Positions 53,555 to 55,729 of a stretch of DNA of 55,729 nt are shown here, one piece after another. Below the pieces are notes generated by a model. It saw only the letters and a list, made by a program, of their open reading frames with translations. It did not search any database and was not told the DNA's origin. The DNA is from a virus, in IMG/VR virus record IMGVR_UViG_3300045988_139511, positions 1-55,729 of that record; one strand, written 5' to 3'. A program made the translations under genes and the position numbers. Every line of letters begins with the position of its first letter. The first letter of the stretch is position 1.

Positions 53555-53706
53555 ATAAGATAACTTTAAAAGGTGGGTATATACCGACTAGGCTAGAAGG
53601 TGAGGAACTACAAAAATATCTACAGGAGCGTAAGAGAGGTACTGGCTCCCATAGGTCTAAAAAGGACTACAGGAGACGAGAAAAGCATATAAGGAGAGAT
53701 TATTAA
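53530..53706 (+). CDS. Possible 58-aa basic protein (GTG start)
   Basis: AAGGAAG 10 nt before GTG 53530; the frame is open up to the terminator. Confidence 0.35.
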   Translation: MGKANKSIDKITLKGGYIPTRLEGEELQKYLQERKRGTGSHRSKKDYRRREKHIRRDY

Positions 53707-53732
53707 GGGAGCTGTAACAAGCTCTCTTTTTT
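53707..53732 (+). terminator. Intrinsic terminator (same sequence as 14653)
   Basis: GGGAGCTGTAACAAGCTCTC plus T6. Confidence 0.75.
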
Positions 53733-53743
53733 ATTTGTATTAC
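53713..53743 (+). promoter_or_regulatory. M-class promoter (M11)
   Basis: TGTAAC 53713-53718, 19 nt, TATTAC 53738-53743, TGTAA box follows. Confidence 0.6.
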
Positions 53744-53773
53744 CCTATGTAAAAACATTTGGAGGATATAGAA

Positions 53774-54100
53774 ATGACATTAAATACAAAGAGACAATTA
53801 GAAGTAAATTTATTCGAGGTTAATGGAAGATACTACGTGAGAACTAGAGAAGTAGCTGGAGTGTTAGGAGTTAAACAGCCCTTTGAGTTTACAGCTAATA
53901 TAAAGAGAGTACTAGGGGATAAGGTTATATTATCAGGAGACAAGACTGAGACATTTAGAGACACTACTGAGGACGATAATAGAACTACTTTTATATCAAC
54001 TAAGGACCTATTTAGGTTTTTATACTGTGGGGATATATGCCATAAGATGATAGGGGCAAAAGTTAAAGAGTTAAAAGATGAATTAATTAATTATTTATAG
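53774..54100 (+). CDS. Hypothetical protein (possible Bro-N/KilA-N-like DNA-binding domain)
   Basis: GGAGG SD 8 nt before ATG 53774. Confidence 0.45.
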   Translation: MTLNTKRQLEVNLFEVNGRYYVRTREVAGVLGVKQPFEFTANIKRVLGDKVILSGDKTETFRDTTEDDNRTTFISTKDLFRFLYCGDICHKMIGAKVKELKDELINYL

Positions 54101-54125
54101 GAGCTGTAACCACAGCTCTTTTTTA
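54100..54125 (+). terminator. Intrinsic terminator
   Basis: GAGCTGT/ACAGCTC hairpin plus T6. Confidence 0.75.
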
Positions 54126-54137
54126 TTTACTCTAATT

Positions 54138-54155
54138 TTGATTATTAATATTCAA
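54138..54155. promoter_or_regulatory. 18-bp AT palindrome (copy 10, TTGATTATTAATATTCAA)
   Basis: Overlaps the first base of the M12 -35. Confidence 0.5.
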
Positions 54156-54185
54156 GTAACCAGCTGTAAATATATCTAGTATTAA
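54155..54185 (+). promoter_or_regulatory. M-class promoter (M12, AGTAAC-N19-TATTAA)
   Basis: AGTAAC 54155-54160, 19 nt, TATTAA 54180-54185. Confidence 0.5.
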
Positions 54186-54203
54186 CTCCTGAGGTGATAT
54201 TAA

Positions 54204-55175
54204 ATGATGAAAATAAAAGGACAAGAGCTAGACATTAATTACTATGAGGAGCTGGAGCCTTATTTAGATAAATTTGAGCGTATGCAGATTAGGGGTGAGG
54301 AGCTTACAGCCTGTAGCCCACTAAGAGACGAGAGGAGACCGAGCTTTAGTATTAACTTAGGTACTGGACTATGGATAGACAGAGGGGGAGAAGGTATTAA
54401 CAGCAGGGGCAATATAGTCTCATTGCTGGCTCATTTGAGACAGGAGACCTATGAGGAGACAGCCGACTATTTACTAGAGGTCTACGGCCATATACTGGAT
54501 AATGCCGACGAACTAACATTAGATTTACAGTTAGAGCTGGAGCCTGCTGAGGTTACTCTATTAGCTCAGGAAAAATATGAGAATAGAATTAATAAACCTA
54601 GCGAGTATCTCAAAAGTAGAAAGATAGATATTGAGACACAAAAACTATTTAATACTGGTATATCTGAAAAGGGGGACGCTATCTGCCTACCGTGGCACGA
54701 CTGGCGAGGTCGAATTATTAATATGAAGTATAGAAAGATAAATAGTAAGGAGTTTTGGTACAGCTCAGGAGGTCAGCCAGTCAAAAAGCATTTATATGGG
54801 CTATTCTTAGTCTTAGAGCTACATAAGAAACAGCGTAGGTATAATAAGACCTTATCTCCTGTTTACTTAGTAGAGAGTGAGATAGACGCTTTATGTCTTT
54901 GGTCTATAGGTAAGCCAGCTATAGCATTTGGAGGCTCTAGCATATCAGAGCAACAGCAGGGGCTAATAGTGGATAAGTTGTCAGATTGTGAGCTAATACT
55001 GGCTACGGATAACGATAAAGTAGGTCAGAAGTTTAGAAAGGTATTAGCCAAAGAGCTAGGAGGCTATTTCATTATTAAAGAACTGGAGATACCTGAGGGG
55101 TACAAGGACGTAAACGAGTTGGAGCCTGAGCTAATAAATAATCTGAAACAAAATTTTATTAATTTTTTTAATTGA
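54204..55175 (+). CDS. TOPRIM DNA primase with a degenerate zinc-finger region
   Basis: VYLVESEIDALCLW (Glu), ILATDNDKVGQ (DxD). The N-terminal CSPLRDERRPSFSIN resembles the DnaG CPFH..TPSF motif but lacks the His/Cys ligands. Confidence 0.7.
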   Translation: MMKIKGQELDINYYEELEPYLDKFERMQIRGEELTACSPLRDERRPSFSINLGTGLWIDRGGEGINSRGNIVSLLAHLRQETYEETADYLLEVYGHILDNADELTLDLQLELEPAEVTLLAQEKYENRINKPSEYLKSRKIDIETQKLFNTGISEKGDAICLPWHDWRGRIINMKYRKINSKEFWYSSGGQPVKKHLYGLFLVLELHKKQRRYNKTLSPVYLVESEIDALCLWSIGKPAIAFGGSSISEQQQGLIVDKLSDCELILATDNDKVGQKFRKVLAKELGGYFIIKELEIPEGYKDVNELEPELINNLKQNFINFFN

Positions 55176-55364
55176 ATTAAGATAAAATAAAAAAACCGAC
55201 AAACTTTGTTGAATTGTGAATACTGGAGAAATAATTAGTGTTATTAAGTGCTGTAGAGATAATTTAATTATAAGATATATTATACAGTTTATATGATACA
55301 GAAAAACGTATATAATAAGCATGATGAAAAATGTCGAATTATTGTATATAAATTAAATAACCGA

Positions 55365-55408
55365 GTAGGTATAGCTATAAAAGTATAGCCGTATCTACTT
55401 TTTATTTT
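55365..55408 (+). terminator. Intrinsic terminator in the primase-sigma intergenic region
   Basis: 15-bp stem (1 mismatch, 2 G-U pairs), AAAG loop, TTTTTATTTT. Confidence 0.6.
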
Positions 55409-55480
55409 AATAAAGGTTATACGGAAAACTGTATCATAAAACTGTAATCAGTAATTTATTTTAATATTTTTTATTTAAGT

Positions 55481-55511
55481 TGTAACGAGCAGATAAAAAA
55501 AATCGTATTAC
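55481..55511 (+). promoter_or_regulatory. M-class promoter (M13) in front of the sigma factor gene itself
   Basis: TGTAAC 55481-55486, 19 nt, TATTAC 55506-55511; 28 nt before ATG 55540. Confidence 0.6.
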
Positions 55512-55539
55512 CTTTTAAAAAACACATTGGAGGTACTTT

Positions 55540-55729
55540 ATGAAAAACCTAAACACACAAAAGATTATTACAGAGAGAGTGGTTGAATACAAGAGAACAG
55601 GGGGGACTGTAAAAACTTGTATATACAATGAAATTTTTAATATGTTAACTCCTACTATAGAAAAGAGAGCTGTAAATTTTATAAAATCTACTAACAAAAA
55701 TACTTTACTAGTTGATACTGAGGAGTATA
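55540..55729 (+). CDS. Sigma-70 family (ECF-like) sigma factor, N-terminal part (continues at base 56 via the overlap)
   Basis: GGAGG SD then ATG 55540. 55540..55674 is 45 codons, in frame with 1..540. Confidence 0.7.
   Translation, partial: MKNLNTQKIITERVVEYKRTGGTVKTCIYNEIFNMLTPTIEKRAVNFIKSTNKNTLLVDTEEY
55675..55729. repeat. Assembly overlap (duplicate of bases 1-55)
   Basis: 55/55 identity. Confidence 0.9.

Noticed and set aside
53552-53706. Possible TAG read-through of the 53270-53554 gene into the downstream open frame
   Set aside because: On re-reading, the downstream open frame is in a different frame and TAA follows two codons after the TAG. The downstream ORF is better explained by its own GTG start at 53530. 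TAG is used as an ordinary stop throughout the genome.
1-55729. Search for tRNA genes, integrase/attP, toxin-antitoxin pairs, CRISPR-Cas or retron elements
   Set aside because: I could see no cloverleaf-like T-arm/acceptor signatures, no tyrosine or large-serine integrase motifs and no reverse transcriptase. Absence by eye is weak evidence; tRNAscan-SE and profile searches should confirm it.

Overview
The window is a complete, AT-rich siphovirus-type phage genome of about 55.67 kb. Bases 1-55 repeat 55675-55729, so it is a circularised or terminally redundant assembly, and one sigma-factor gene spans the junction. Nearly all genes are on the + strand. From 0.5 to 18.7 kb lies a middle block for replication, recombination and nucleotide metabolism: SSB, Cas4-like nuclease, RuvC, a DUF2829 protein, Tdk, dNK, a deoxyribosyltransferase, a NupC transporter, SprT, a family-A DNA polymerase split by a group I intron carrying an HNH gene, a dNMP kinase, a sigma region-4 protein and a SleB-like hydrolase. 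From 18.9 to 26.7 kb there is an array of small early cassettes plus a serine recombinase. From 26.8 to 46.8 kb the late block runs TerL, portal, head, tail, tape measure, Dit, Tal, BppU fibre, holin and amidase. From 46.9 to 55.2 kb there is a plasmid-like module: ParM/ParR with a parC-like repeat field, an iteron/DnaA-box origin, three wHTH Rep-like paralogues, and DnaC-like, DnaB-like and primase genes. I found no integrase, tRNA or CRISPR array, which suggests a phage-plasmid lifestyle. The most interesting signals are non-coding. There are two stereotyped promoter families: a near-consensus sigma-A class with an UP element and operator, and a 14-copy TGTAAC-N19-TATTAC class whose -35 element often sits in the preceding terminator loop. 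There is also a 10-copy 18-bp AT palindrome. Finally, an orphan promoter-terminator unit predicts a ~100-nt sRNA antisense to the conserved CA-rich early-gene leaders. All functional calls come from reading motifs by eye; no database search was run.
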